Below are positions 1 to 12,463 of a stretch of 45,437 nt of DNA, in pieces. Each line of letters opens with the position of its first letter. Position 1 is the stretch's first letter. The notes below the pieces were generated by a model. That model saw nothing but the letters and a program-made list of their open reading frames with translations, searched no databases and was not told where the DNA came from. The position numbers were made by a program, and so were the translations under genes. The DNA lies in NCBI GenBank assembly GCA_000934665.2, contig JYFJ02000814.1, forward strand, positions 62,001-107,437, written 5' to 3'. The DNA is from Catajapyx aquilonaris. Its lineage: Eukaryota.

Positions 1-2644
1 CTGTAGATGTTACAACTGCTGGACTGTAGTAAAAATAGCCAGTGTGATTCCATATGGGAAAAATAATGTTGCATGCAATTTTTATTGAAATGTTTGAATT
101 AATGTGAATTTGTTGATATTCAATTCAATTAAATTAATATCTAGTTACAGTAGCCTATTAATTAACAGTAGCATGAGTTGGACTGAAACGTGCCGGAACA
201 CCATTTATGCTTGAAAATATTGGCAATTACAGCATCTGCACACATATTACCATAACAATAAACATTTTTACCACTTTTTAGACACGGAAAAAGGAAGGCG
301 TTTTGGTCTAATATTTAACTACCACTATTTCCAATCGACTGCCAAACTTTTGACCTTATTTCCCTAAACAGTTTGTTGTTTACAAAACAAAAGTTTTTCC
401 TTGAAACAGCCATTTCTGGCGACTCATCATCAATATGGAAACATTTGTATAGAGGTCATTTTTTTGCTTAACAACAACAATTCCAATCGCAGTGACTAAC
501 TAAAAAAGCTACTCAGAACCTCTAATGACTAATCGCCTATTAACAAATCTATTCCAACCAAAGAAATGCAAGATCAGGCAACACCTTCGCGTGTCCAATC
601 CCTTACATTTATTCCAAACCCAATGTCCCCCTAAGGCTAAGGGGACATGATGATGAAGTGAATCCGCCATCTTGATATTTTTCCCCCTTTGTTGGAACTA
701 TCCTGTCAAGGTTTTGAGCTTAGAAAAAAAAATGAAGTATGCAAATGTTTATGTGCAGTGAGAGTTAGAATGCTTATTAGATCATGGGCGTGAAATGGCC
801 CTCCTTTCTCTGCTTTTTCGAGGGAGAGTTGAAGGTACGTGAGCTGCTTATGGAGAGTTATGAATGGAGGAAAATTTTAGTGGTGAAAATAAATTCACTT
901 TTTTTAACCACCTGGTACGTGATGCATATCAACAAGATGAGTCAGTGTTATCACAGATTAATTTAATAATTATTTTAGTAAACTGCTATTAATCACCGCT
1001 ATTTTTAAACAGAGCATCTTGCTGTACACCTGAAACCGGTTTATGTTTTTCAATGACGCTTCGACATTGGTAATTTCATGACCTTTCCAGACAAGGACAA
1101 CCAACTCGAGAGGTATGTCTCACATCCGGACCGTTCTGTTTCCCTCCACAACCGCTCTTTGTCTCGTATCCGTGAATAATCTCGAGCAAAATGACGTATC
1201 TTAAACCACATTTCGTTTTGTTCTTGAGGTCGTGGTTTTTCCTCTTCTTTCCTGACCGGAGGTTGAATAGTCTCAAATCAGGGTCAATACTCAGTGCGTA
1301 TCAACTTCTTTTGTTTATTACTACTAAGTTTTTTTGTTTGTATGCAAAGCATGTATTAATAGGAGTAGAGGTCATGTCGGACTTTAGAGTGAGTGAACCT
1401 CCTGCATTTGGAACATGCACTAAAACCATTCCTGGTTTGAACGTTAAGAATATTTTTTTTTTCCTTCTTCCATAGGGTGACCTTCGAAAAGGTGGTTGGC
1501 TCCAGAAGATGCTGGGCTTGGGGTTGTCGTGCATGGTATTTTCTAACTATGGAGCACCAGCTTTTAGGTTGACCTCATTGGCCTTGGGTTGAAAAAGAGT
1601 GGTATTACGGTGAGACGAAGCGGTTTTACTTAACATATGTATACCATTTTTTTTTGAAAGTTTACCTGAGTAAATATGCCGTCAAGGACTTGGTCGTATT
1701 GATCTGGTGTTGCAGTATGTGCATGCAAATTGTATTAGTTATTTACAGTGTGGCTCACTCTTTCATATTTGAAGACAAATCGAATATTTTCTGCTCAATT
1801 TTTAATTGAAATTTTTTGACACTAAAATTTTAATTACTTCAATTTGTTATTTTCTCAACTAAACATGTGATTGATTTCATAGCTATTTCCTGGTTCGTTC
1901 AACCAATTATTGTGCATATTCCCAATAATAAATTCCAAGCAGGAAAAAAGCTGCAATTACAATGTCAGCAGCCCGTACCAGTGTTGATAGCACACAAGGG
2001 AAATTGTTGCTTCATTAGTTACACCAGCAAACCAGGAAGATTATTACCTTAATTGCCAATGGTTACATCCTCAGTACTGCCGAAACCGGTCAGTGACTCA
2101 ACCCCTGGGCGTTATTACATTTCTTGTTAACCCGTACGGTACCACAAAAGGAAAAAAAAAGGGCTTGAGGGCGTATGCCTCTGAACTTGCTAATGTCCAG
2201 CTCATAATATGCCAAGGGTTGCAATAAGAACCCCATAAATATGCATATTCGTGACGTAACTCCACCTCATTATATTTTCTGAAGCGAACCAAGTAGCGCC
2301 CTGAATCCGAAGAACTGACCCAACGTACCTACAGAAGGTCATAACCTGGTTCTGAAACGAAAAAAATATGACAAAAGGCAATCGATCCATAATGGTGGTA
2401 TGAAATATTAATGAAGGGGGGGGGGGGGAACTCGACCAATCGTTACCGAATGTTCGATTATTGGTATGTCAATTTTTTGGTACATGTATGTCTTCTAAGC
2501 TATTTTCCATTGGCTTCTTTGGTTGTGCAGCAGGTGAGTCCTTGTGACGTCATGCTAATGTGCCTCTCCTTTCCTTCAGGCGGGCGACCTCCAACAGTTG
2601 GAGTCTGACCGTCTTGTAAGACACAACCTGATGTGGTAGTGGCA

Positions 2645-5600
2645 ATGGAGAGGGACGATCTGGTGGATGGTGAAGACGACGAGGAGGAAGTGGCTGCGGC
2701 CAATGTTGGGTTTGTGTCTGACGAACAACCTGAACCATCAGGAGTGACTGACCTCAAGTGCGTGGATAAGTTGGAGTATATCATACCGGTGTTGGAATCA
2801 GACAAAAAGTGTGGTGAGGATGATAGCAGTGAGGATGAGGAGGTACAGCCGACTAGTGGGTACGACAGTGACGTACCGATTGTCGAGGATGGGTTCTCAT
2901 TATCGCGGATTGTCCGCGCGTCAATGCGACGGATGCGACATTTCCGGCTGTCTACACGTCGTACCCCTGATGAACCGGAGGTCGAACCCGAACCCGAGAC
3001 GGCTGATCGGAACAACAACGGTGCGACATCGTCATCACACGTGACTTGCGACACCCCCCCGGTAGTACAGCAACCGCAGCAACCGGTGGGACTGGCGACA
3101 ACCATTGGCAGCCCGACCACCAACGGGATCATAGTCACCAGCCTGATGAATGTGCTCAATGCACAACCGGTACCGGAACCGCCTGTGGTACCCCCAACGG
3201 TACCCACGGTCACAACAACTCCAGCAACACCCACAAGTTCAGAAGCACCACCATCACCACCACCAGTGACCAGACGTACATGTGACAATACCAGAAGACG
3301 AGAAGACAGCGGATCAGAAACTGAAGGATCCAGAAGGTACGTTGTGGTCGGATGACCCTTCCTCATATAGTTGCCCCAAAAAACCGGTTGCATCACAACA
3401 ATCCATGCACTGCTTTCTATCAGGAAGGCAGACAAGGTCGATACCGGTACACATCCGGGAAGACGAAACAATTGCACATGTTGTGAGGGAAAGTGTCTGA
3501 AATGAAGTAGAAACATATGGACCACTTATGGTCTGCCATGGTCCTTGGGTATCAATTGCTTGGAATTGGGGCTGCTGGAGGGGTCAGTCGTTGTGTAGGG
3601 CTTGATATACACACATGTGGGAACAACCTCAGGAGCTGTGAGTATATGACAAATTAGTGGTGACGGTGACTAACTATGACGTATGTTCGTGGTTCCGAAA
3701 TAGTTCGAGTCTATGGTATAGGCTATTGTTCTCTAATAGCGTGTTGTATGCACTCCTTGACACGTCAATCACACCCGTGTCTTAGACCTTGTCAACATTT
3801 TGAAATGTGCATGCACTGACCGCCTGTATTTTATTACATAAATAGGAACAATGCGGAATTAATTTCCGGTGATATTATATAATTTCGGAGTTTTAGTGTA
3901 AGTGCAACATTAGTTTACTATAATTAAGTTAATGATCTGAGGCTTAATTTACCTGGCTGGAATTAGTGGTTATTTTTCAAATAAAACGAACCGGGCATCG
4001 AACCCATGACCTTGCCACGAAACTCATGACCCCAAATAATTAACAATAACGATTACAATATTCGCTAGCAACAATGATATTCATAGTAAGGTTCAGGCAC
4101 GTCTGATTCTTTGCCCTTGTAATGCATGACCTTAACGCACTTACTTTTTTTTGCATTTTTGTTTAAAATATAATGGCCACGTAATAGGTTTGCCCCTGTT
4201 CCCACGGATATGAAGGCTTAATCTAACTTACTTCATAAAATACAGCTCATACTCAGATTACATAAGTTGCACATTAACTCGCATGAATATTGTGTTAAAT
4301 ATTTATTTATTATTTATTTATACCCCATTGGGGGAATCGGCGCTCCATTAGGGGGGTGGAGTACCACCATTGGATGGGGCCAAGGATAGGGAAGGAAGGA
4401 TTACACGGAAACGATCCCGGAATTATTCTGGGAGGACCGTGGAAAATTGGGTTAAATATTTGACACATGGAAATATGAGACATCGACATAAATTTTTAAA
4501 AAATAATAAACTATTAATACACACTAGGTAATTATTAATTTGATAAATATTTTGCTGTCAGCGACATAGAGAAAGTTCCTTTATTTATTACACACTGTAT
4601 TTGTACACTTGGCTTACATCTCATTGAATGCACCATTATAGCAGCAGGAAGCCGCATCTCATCTATCTGCAAAACTATTGTTGTGAGCCACACTATTTTG
4701 GGTAACCGAAGACAGATCGGGGGGTAACGCCCTAGAAAGTTGTTCCTTCCACTGTGTACATACTGTATTTTTTTTTTGTATGTGTGATCCAACCTTCTGG
4801 GGCACATGCTCAATGCATAGTGATCGTGATCCAAGGGAGAGTTCGTCGGCAGGTCACGTGTGACTCTCCTATTTATTATCAGCTGAGATTCCACGTCTCA
4901 CGACCATTGTTTTTTTTTAAATATCATAAATTCCACATGAACGTGATTAGAAAACATGGCGTGGGTTTTACTTACCGTACGTCAAAAGAGTGCACGTCCA
5001 CATATGTGCAAAATCTAGTGATACAGTGATTCTATTTGTCCTGTCACAAATATAGAGTGATGACCTAGGTCAGACCGGAAAAGATGTGCTGAGTGACAGC
5101 TGGCCTAGTGTAACATAACACCTACATGTATTGTAGTCTACAATACATGTGTCACACTAGTACAGTACACTTTAGCACAAATAGGTGATATCATAAAGGT
5201 TTGTGGTCGATGTGAATCTTACTCAACAATATTGTTGGCATATAGTGACCTTGAATTGCTATGAGTGTGGGGTACTTTTTAATGTTTTAACACGTATGTA
5301 CTGTACAACCATTTCTTATCGTTTGGGTTTTTACGATTCCGCTTATTCATCGACGTTATAGAGTGTTTGCGAAAAGTTATCGCTTTGTCTGGACAAACTA
5401 GTTATGTTGTTAATGAGCACTAACGTAGTGGTAATTGTTGACGTAAGTGTTGGATAGATGTCTTCAAATAGTCCGGGCCCTAAGCGCAAAAATCAGGTCT
5501 AACCTTGCACTTAGTGTGCTACTTGGCACATATGTTCCTTAGGCCTATAGGAGCAATTCCCGAGTTGCAGGCAACTGATCGGCCACTTAGGTCACGAGTT

Positions 5601-8600
5601 ATGCGGTGTTGCCAACATGGCCGGGGATGACCTGAACGTTTTTAACGTTGCATTTTGTGATAAGAAGGTACCGCTTGGCACATATGTTTCCTAGGTCTGT
5701 AGGAGTCGTTTGAGAGATGGCGGCACTTGATCGGCTCCATAGGTCAGGAGTTATACGACAATGACAGGATTGACAGCTAATATAAGTAACAATCAGTGGC
5801 TTTTGACACCAGTGCTATTCTAAGACTGAATACACTAGAATAGTCTCTCCCTTGAATTAAATCCAACATGTACCGGTATGTCATACCGTTACACCATAAA
5901 CTCATTTTATACTCCAATATCACCGTATGTTGTATGTATACCACCCGCGGCTTGACCAAGAAAAAGAAACTGTCCTTCGAGAAGGTGTACATTGGCGACT
6001 TGTGCATATACCTGTTGACCTTGGGGTCGACCGGCTGGTAAAGGAAAAAGCAGGAACCGTCTTTGTACACTTCAATGTCATGTGGCCCAGGAGGTCAGGA
6101 CGTAGGCTTGTTGGTCGTGACAGAAGCAAAGTCAGACCTTGCCTTTTCAATTGCACTTGGATTCACTCAAATTCAGCAAATTTTAACAACAAATTATTTA
6201 GTTGAACTCAAAATTTTGAGTTACGGTACTTTTTTGCTCAAAAAATTTTTGAGTTGAAATTCAATCAAATTGAGTACTGTTGTGTCAATAAATTGAACTC
6301 AAAAAATTTGAGTTGAAATTCAAACTAAATATTAAACCCAAAATTATTATTGAGCTCAAATTTTACTCAAGTTGAGTGGAAATTTCACATTTTCATTTTC
6401 TGCCTTTTTATCTACTGTACCTTATAGCGTGAGGCTTATCTTCATAAAAAAAAGCGAAGATCTAGGTTAGACTCTATGTAATTAGTTGCAGTTGTGTAAC
6501 TTTTCGTCCTAGTTGGACAAGTCCTGTTAATGAGAGAGGGATTATTTTTGGTGTGGATGGTAACAAGGATTTCCTGTTAGGTATTTTTAGATATGGGCAT
6601 GAGCGTGGAACGGATTGATAACACGAGGAAAGAAGATAGTTTTTTTTTTTTTTTTGTGAAAATACCGTTTAAAGAAGTGCACTGTATGGCACACACATTT
6701 TTCGTGAGAAATTACAGTAAACAAAGTAAGTAGCTTAATTTTTTTTACATAGTTAAATGGCACGAACATGTTATTTTTAGCTGCTATTGAGAAACCGTGC
6801 AAATTGTTCTGCGAATTTTTCACACTCTATGTCAGTAGAGTGTAAATGAGTTCCTCTCAGAACTGCATATTTTCTAAGTAGAAAACCGGTTGATCTGACC
6901 AAGGAATGACCTCAAGACATTTTATACAGAGGACTTATCGCACGTACTGTACCTTTATAATGCGACGTGGTCTTAAATATTGTTTTTCAAGGCCAACTCA
7001 TCACGTTTCAAGGGTCTAATTTTCCTCGAAACACGACGGTACGGATCATGTGTGGGCGTGGACACTTTGAGGTTGACCACTGCGTCACACGTTATGCACC
7101 ACAACCTATATGAATATTAGAAATTTCACGCCATCACTCAAATTTATCTGTTTTTTTCTGAATTCGTTTGACCTAAATTTGGGTATACCAGGTTCAATGT
7201 TAATAGTCGTATTTTGGTCACCTGATCGATTTTTACTGCAGTCACGACCAGGAAATAGGGTGTTATCTTGGAGGAAGTTGCGTGCCTTTGACGCGTGGTA
7301 ACTGTTATTGAGGACGCCTCTTGTTTATCCACAGCACATGAGGTGTGTGGGCCTTAGTATTTCTGCTGACCGCCGTTAGTTGGGGCCATCAGCAGGCGGA
7401 ACACTATTTGACAACGTTGGGCACCCATGGGTGGGTGCCCCGATCCTAATCAAAGAACCGGATGCGATCTATTGATATGCACAACAATTGTGGTGTCAGG
7501 GTGGTGCACTGCCCAAGGCTCAGGTTCATGGGGGGTGAAAGTGGCGCTTCTAATTTTTTTTTACAAAATTAATAAGACAATAATTGAAGGATGGTGGTAT
7601 TCCACCCCCCCCCCTAAAATAGGCCCTATCACGGGGTAATGTTTAAAAAAAAAATATGACACCGAGTGTGACACTAATCTTGTTGAACTGGGGCATTGGA
7701 TTGACCTTTTGTGTGACTGGTGTGTCCTGGTGACCCAAGGCTCTGGATGAGTGAGCAATTGGCACGAATGAACCGTTTTGATTTTCATTGTTGTCTTGAA
7801 TTGATTTGCAGCAGATCGTCCCAGCAACAAGAGAATCCTCCTAATAGCACCGAGGGATTGAGGAGTCCTGGAGGGCAATGGCCACACCATTTTGGAGCAG
7901 TCCTGGCCATCTTGGGATGCACCATTGGGCTGTTCAACCTCAGCCGATTTGCCATACTCAGCATAGAATTTGGGGGTAAGTACATAAAAAAACCAAATTC
8001 ATGCAAGAACAGGGTAATTAATTGCCCCCAATAAAACTTGAAGTGCATGCGTGATTGCGGCCCATTTTTCACGCTGTTTAGCCAGATATAGCTAGTTGAA
8101 CACTTCAGGTTCAAGGCTGTGTGTTACCCAGTCAGATATTCAAATATTTTCTAATGCTGTTAATTATTTTGCAGCCAACTTCATAATCCAGTTCCTGATC
8201 CTCACGATTTTGTTCGGGATCCCGCTACTCACGTTCCACATGTCTTTGGGCCAGTATTTGGGTTCGGGGATTATCGATATGTGGAGGATATCCCCTATTT
8301 TCCAGGTACGCTATTGTTATGGTGATGAGCTCCTATTCATTAACTATTCATTAATTTCTGTGTAATTCCAGGGAGTGGGAGTGGCTATTATAGCGTCACA
8401 AGTCATTCTGGGACTGTACAGTGTCATAGGAGTCTCGTGGATGTTCATTTACTTTCGAGACTCGTTTATTACCCAGTATGACCGGTATAGATGGGGACAC
8501 TGCTTGTCCGAATACAGAGGTAAGTCCTGGACACTTTTTTAAATGAACTTGACCCTATTTTTTAAAATTTTAAAATTTTACAGCAGATTGTCCGCCGCCG

Positions 8601-11600
8601 CAAAATTTTTCTGGGCGGTTAGAAGACAACGTGCCAGATTATTTCAAGTAAGTTATAGACTTTTTGATATATTGAGCTGTATACTGATGCCTATGTTGTT
8701 GCAGTGGTGTGGTGCTGCAGCGTGAGAACGCGTCAAGTCCATTTGACTCGTTTGGAAGTGTCAAATTTCAGGTTGCGTTCAATCTGGGTGTAGTGTGGAT
8801 GCTGGTCTTTGTCTGTCTCAGCAAAGGTTCGTATACAATCAAGAAAAGTCTTGGACACTTCACAAATTGAATGTCTTCTGCAGGCCTCAAGTCATACGGA
8901 AAGGTTGTGTACGGGATAGTACTTCTGCCTCTCTTGGGTTTGCTCGTCATGTGTTCCAAGCTGATTGGACTTGCACCAAGTGGACGAAGCACTGCCGAAG
9001 CTGTCTTTGGGCAGACAGCATGGAGTGACTTTTTCTACAACAGTCTGGTAAGTTTGGTCATATTTGGTTTGAATTCTGTGCCTCATTTGATTGTTTTTAG
9101 ACATGGATGGCGGCTGCTCGAGAGGTGTTCTTCACGTGGGGTCTTCTAGGTGCATGTGCCATGCAAATCACGGCCCAGAACAAAGCACGGCACAATCTCA
9201 GACGAGACGCTGCTTTCATCATCCTGCTCACCTTGGTGCTTCTACTGCTCACAGCTTTTCTGGCCAACACTTGTCTGCAATTGTTGGAAGCCAATGGATA
9301 CATCTACACTCCTAGTTCTTTCGGTACGTCAAGGATTTACAATCTCAAAGGACCTATCAATGTCTTTGTCTCCTTTGTGTACAGAGACAGACAAAACGTA
9401 TGGTTTCCTGCACCGAGTCGAGTTCGGATCCGGCGAGACAAGGCCACCGGTGCGGAACCTGTTTCATACCAACTTTATCCTTGGAGTGCGCATCCAGCAG
9501 AGCAGTTCCAATCCGAGGACTGTTAGTGGTTATCAGGCATTGAGGTTGACCACCGAAATATTCCCGGCCACGGTCACCATGTTGGGTCCACAGATATTGT
9601 CACCATTTTGGACCATTCTCTTCTACTTCACCTTCATTATGTTCGGAATCTCGCAGCAGGTAAGCTGACTGTAGATCAGTAAATAATCCAAAGTAAATTA
9701 GTGTCTTACTTAATTACAAGAGGAAATGCGTACATTTTGCATCAACTTTCAAACAGCATAAAGAGACCCTGAACTTGACATATTAATAGCAGATAATCCG
9801 AAGCATCTGATCTCATTAGCAGGATGTCTCAATTTTTTTGTAGTCACTGTACATTTCCTGCAACCTTGCACAGTAATGAAGGTGTGGGCATCAAAGCGTG
9901 TAAAATAATACTGGAGTCGTCCTAATGTTCTGCTTTTTTTCCTTGTAGCTCACCATCTGGCACTGCGTTGTGTCCGGCTTCATCGCTTTAAAGACCAAGT
10001 CTCTGAAATCATGGGAAACGACCATAACGTTCTTCGCCTGTGCGGTTGCCTTTGTCTTGGGCCTGCCTCTCACCACAGAGGTGTGCAGTCACTTTCATCC
10101 TGTTTTTTTCGGCTGTTCTTGACTTAAAAGTAACTGCCAAGGTTATATATATGAAAAACTTTCGCCAGACTCCTCATTTTCCCTTTTCAGCCTCCTTTTT
10201 ATCCGACGTTGAAGTGTGGGGTAAATTAATGCGCTTAGGGTGCACAAGGAGGTTGTATGAGGAATGTCTTTCAAGTAACAGGCCTTCAACAACACTGCAT
10301 GTTCATTATTTTATTACAAAATTGCAGGTGAATTGCTTGTAGGATGCCGTTTATCCTAAGACCAAGCAGCCAACATTACTTTCAGTAAAAAGATTAATTC
10401 TATACGTTTGTCCTTGAAACATACGTATATTCAAATGATGCTTGTGACACCAGACTATAGTTTGTATAACAGGTGTTGTTGTCAACAGCCCATGCGTATC
10501 TAATGTATTCCAAAGGCCAAATAATTATAACAACTTGTTTCTAAATTACATAATTGTACCACAGGCTCTAACAACTATTTCATTTGACAGCTTGGAATCT
10601 TCATGGTGTACTTCTTGGACTATGTGGTTGGCTCTGCGTGGTGGATCATGGTGGCGTACCTGCTGCAACTAGTGGCTGTGTTTGTCATAAGGGGCAGCCC
10701 ATACAACAGCGAGAGCATTGTCACTGTACTTTTAAATGGGCCAGGAAGGTTTGTGGCAATCACTGCACCACTGCTGTCCTTCACCTGGAATGTCATACTG
10801 CCAGTAGCTCTTCTGGTAGGTCACACTCAAACACCTGATGCATTGTCAGTGGTAAATAATCATGCATTGTGTTTCCCAGGTTTTAGCCATTACATCCTTC
10901 AAAAATGGCAACTTTCGAGACATGTTCGATTGGAACTCATCAGATGGTTACATCTACTGGCAAGTGTGGGTTCGAGAACTGGGTTGCCTTCTACAAATAC
11001 TACCTCTGCTGCTAGTGCCACTCATAGGAATTATACAGAGCTGTCGATACCTCACCACAGGACCTCCAGATATATTTGATGTACGTTTTCCTGTCTATTT
11101 TGAGCGTTATGTCACTTTTTGAACAAACACATCCTGGAACTATACAACCATCATCACTTCAACCTTCACCTTGCTAGAGTGTCATTGATTGTATAGCCAG
11201 TGTAACATTGGTTCAATTTTTAAAATGTTGTTCTAGATGGATGTAAAATATACTAGTTATTTTCTCCCACTTTTTAGAGGATAGCACTTCTGTACAGGCC
11301 CAGTGTTGGGAGCCCAGTTCGTAGGACACAGAGGATATTAGCAGAATTGGCTGTGAGGAGTGAAGCGCCTAGGGGTACGCAAAGTGCAGTACAAAATGAC
11401 GATCCTCCACCCAAGTATACTCCACCACCATCGTATTCAACCGCCACTGGAGCCAGGTTAGATGACTAGCCATTACAGCATCATGCGATGAGCCTACCAT
11501 TTTAAACTAATTTCTTTGCCTGTTCCAGAATTGCCAAGCTCCTTCGGCAGAGCTTCCGTCGTAGCATGCGTCGCCTCCAGCTGTTGGGTGACGGTGGCAC

Positions 11601-11964
11601 CTTGGGTGCTGAAGGTTCCAGCAGCAGTGCCAGCAGCAGCCAGAATGTCTCCAGTGCCCCCTCAGGTCCAGGGGATCCCACCGTTCTTCCACCACCACCT
11701 GACTACTCCACAGTCATCCTGGAGATGCAGAGGTCAGCAGCTCAAGACTCGTCGTCGTGTCCAGCAAGCTCAACCACCACCACCAGCAACAACATAACTC
11801 CTGCTGAAATAACTCAGTTATTAAGGACTAGTATGAGAAGGAGTACAAGGAACACTCTCAACAGGAACCTGAGGAGGATCAGCGAAGGTGACACCAATGC
11901 TGCTGAGGAAGCTAGTGTGGATGGAGTGAGAATTAATATGGACGTGTCAGCATCCGTCATATGA
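2645..11964 (+). CDS. bdg: Bedraggled-like SLC6 (sodium:neurotransmitter symporter family) orphan transporter, 14 coding exons, ~1049 aa
   Basis: Exons 2645-3336, 7815-7975 (or 7812), 8175-8305, 8372-8519, 8587-8647 (or 8584), 8705-8826, 8884-9047, 9101-9323, 9385-9659, 9949-10080, 10591-10815, 10880-11080, 11278-11456, 11529-11964. All introns are GT-AG with matching phases (3150 nt). SLC6 motifs: LGCTIGLFNLSRF (TM1), GIPLLTFHMSLGQY, WRISPIFQGVG, KGLKSYGKVVY, WMAAAREVFFTWGL, SPFWTILFY. The C-terminal PPPKYTPPPSYSTATGARIAKLLRQSFRRS matches what I recall of arthropod bedraggled proteins. ATG 2645 is in a GCAATGG context with an in-frame stop at 2606. Joining the first exon across the 4.5 kb intron is the least certain part. 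Confidence 0.88.
5522..5758. repeat. Diverged direct repeat, two ~85-bp copies 152 bp apart
   Basis: 5522 cttggcacatatgttccttaggcctataggag...tgatcggccacttaggtcacgagttat versus 5674 cttggcacatatgtttcctaggtctgtaggag...tgatcggctccataggtcaggagttat. Confidence 0.75.
6164..6378. mobile_element. AT-rich MITE-like palindromic element with ACTCAA/TTGAGT sub-repeats
   Basis: The termini cactcaaattcagcaaatttt and aaattttactcaagttgagtg are inverted copies (17/21 match). The interior has repeated aactcaaaa..tttgagtt palindromes. No TSD was identified. Confidence 0.5.
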
Positions 11965-12463
11965 GTCTGTGGACCCCCATTTCCAGTGCCATTTTAAATT
12001 ACTAACCATTTGCCTGTTACAAAACTGGCCTGCTTAAGAAAAAAGCCGTATCTGCAATTTGCATTGTAGATACAGCTTTTTTACTCATCAGGGCAGAAAA
12101 GGTTGTTGAACGTCTCGAGTCTTGAGGAGGACAAGGTGGTCTGCAAAATCCTTGCTTTAAAGAAAGAAAGAGTGGTGTAAGCCCCAAATGAGTCATTTGA
12201 CTAGTCAAATCGCACATTTTTTGACTTACACTGATTTTTTTTATAAAAAAAAGGCAAGGTGGTATTAGCCAAAATAATTGCCAGCTTCGTGGCACTGCCT
12301 CACTTAACTTCAATCAATGAGACGATTTTTAGGTACAAATTGATTGGAAATGCTGCTTAGAGCCCAGTGATGGAAAAGTTAACTGTTCGAGATTATAGAT
12401 GCATTTTTCCGGTGAATTTTAAATGTTAGGCATAAAACCGGTGCATGGAAAAGCATTTCAGAA

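Noticed and set aside
1476..1609. Possible non-coding 5'UTR exon of bdg (plus a 46-nt GT-AG segment at 2534-2579)
   Set aside because: Splice-like signals only; there is no frame constraint to test them, so transcript data are needed.
2500..3525. 341-aa minus-strand ORF
   Set aside because: Antisense shadow of the low-complexity Pro/Thr/acidic bdg first exon; no recognisable domain.
3991..4013. tRNA/SINE B-box-like GGTTCGATGCC on the minus strand
   Set aside because: No A-box or cloverleaf at the expected distance; at most a SINE fragment.
5777..6070. Minus-strand ORF with a faint resemblance to SHIPPO/ODF3 repeats
   Set aside because: Lacks the PGP-x-x-Y core and has no supporting gene structure.
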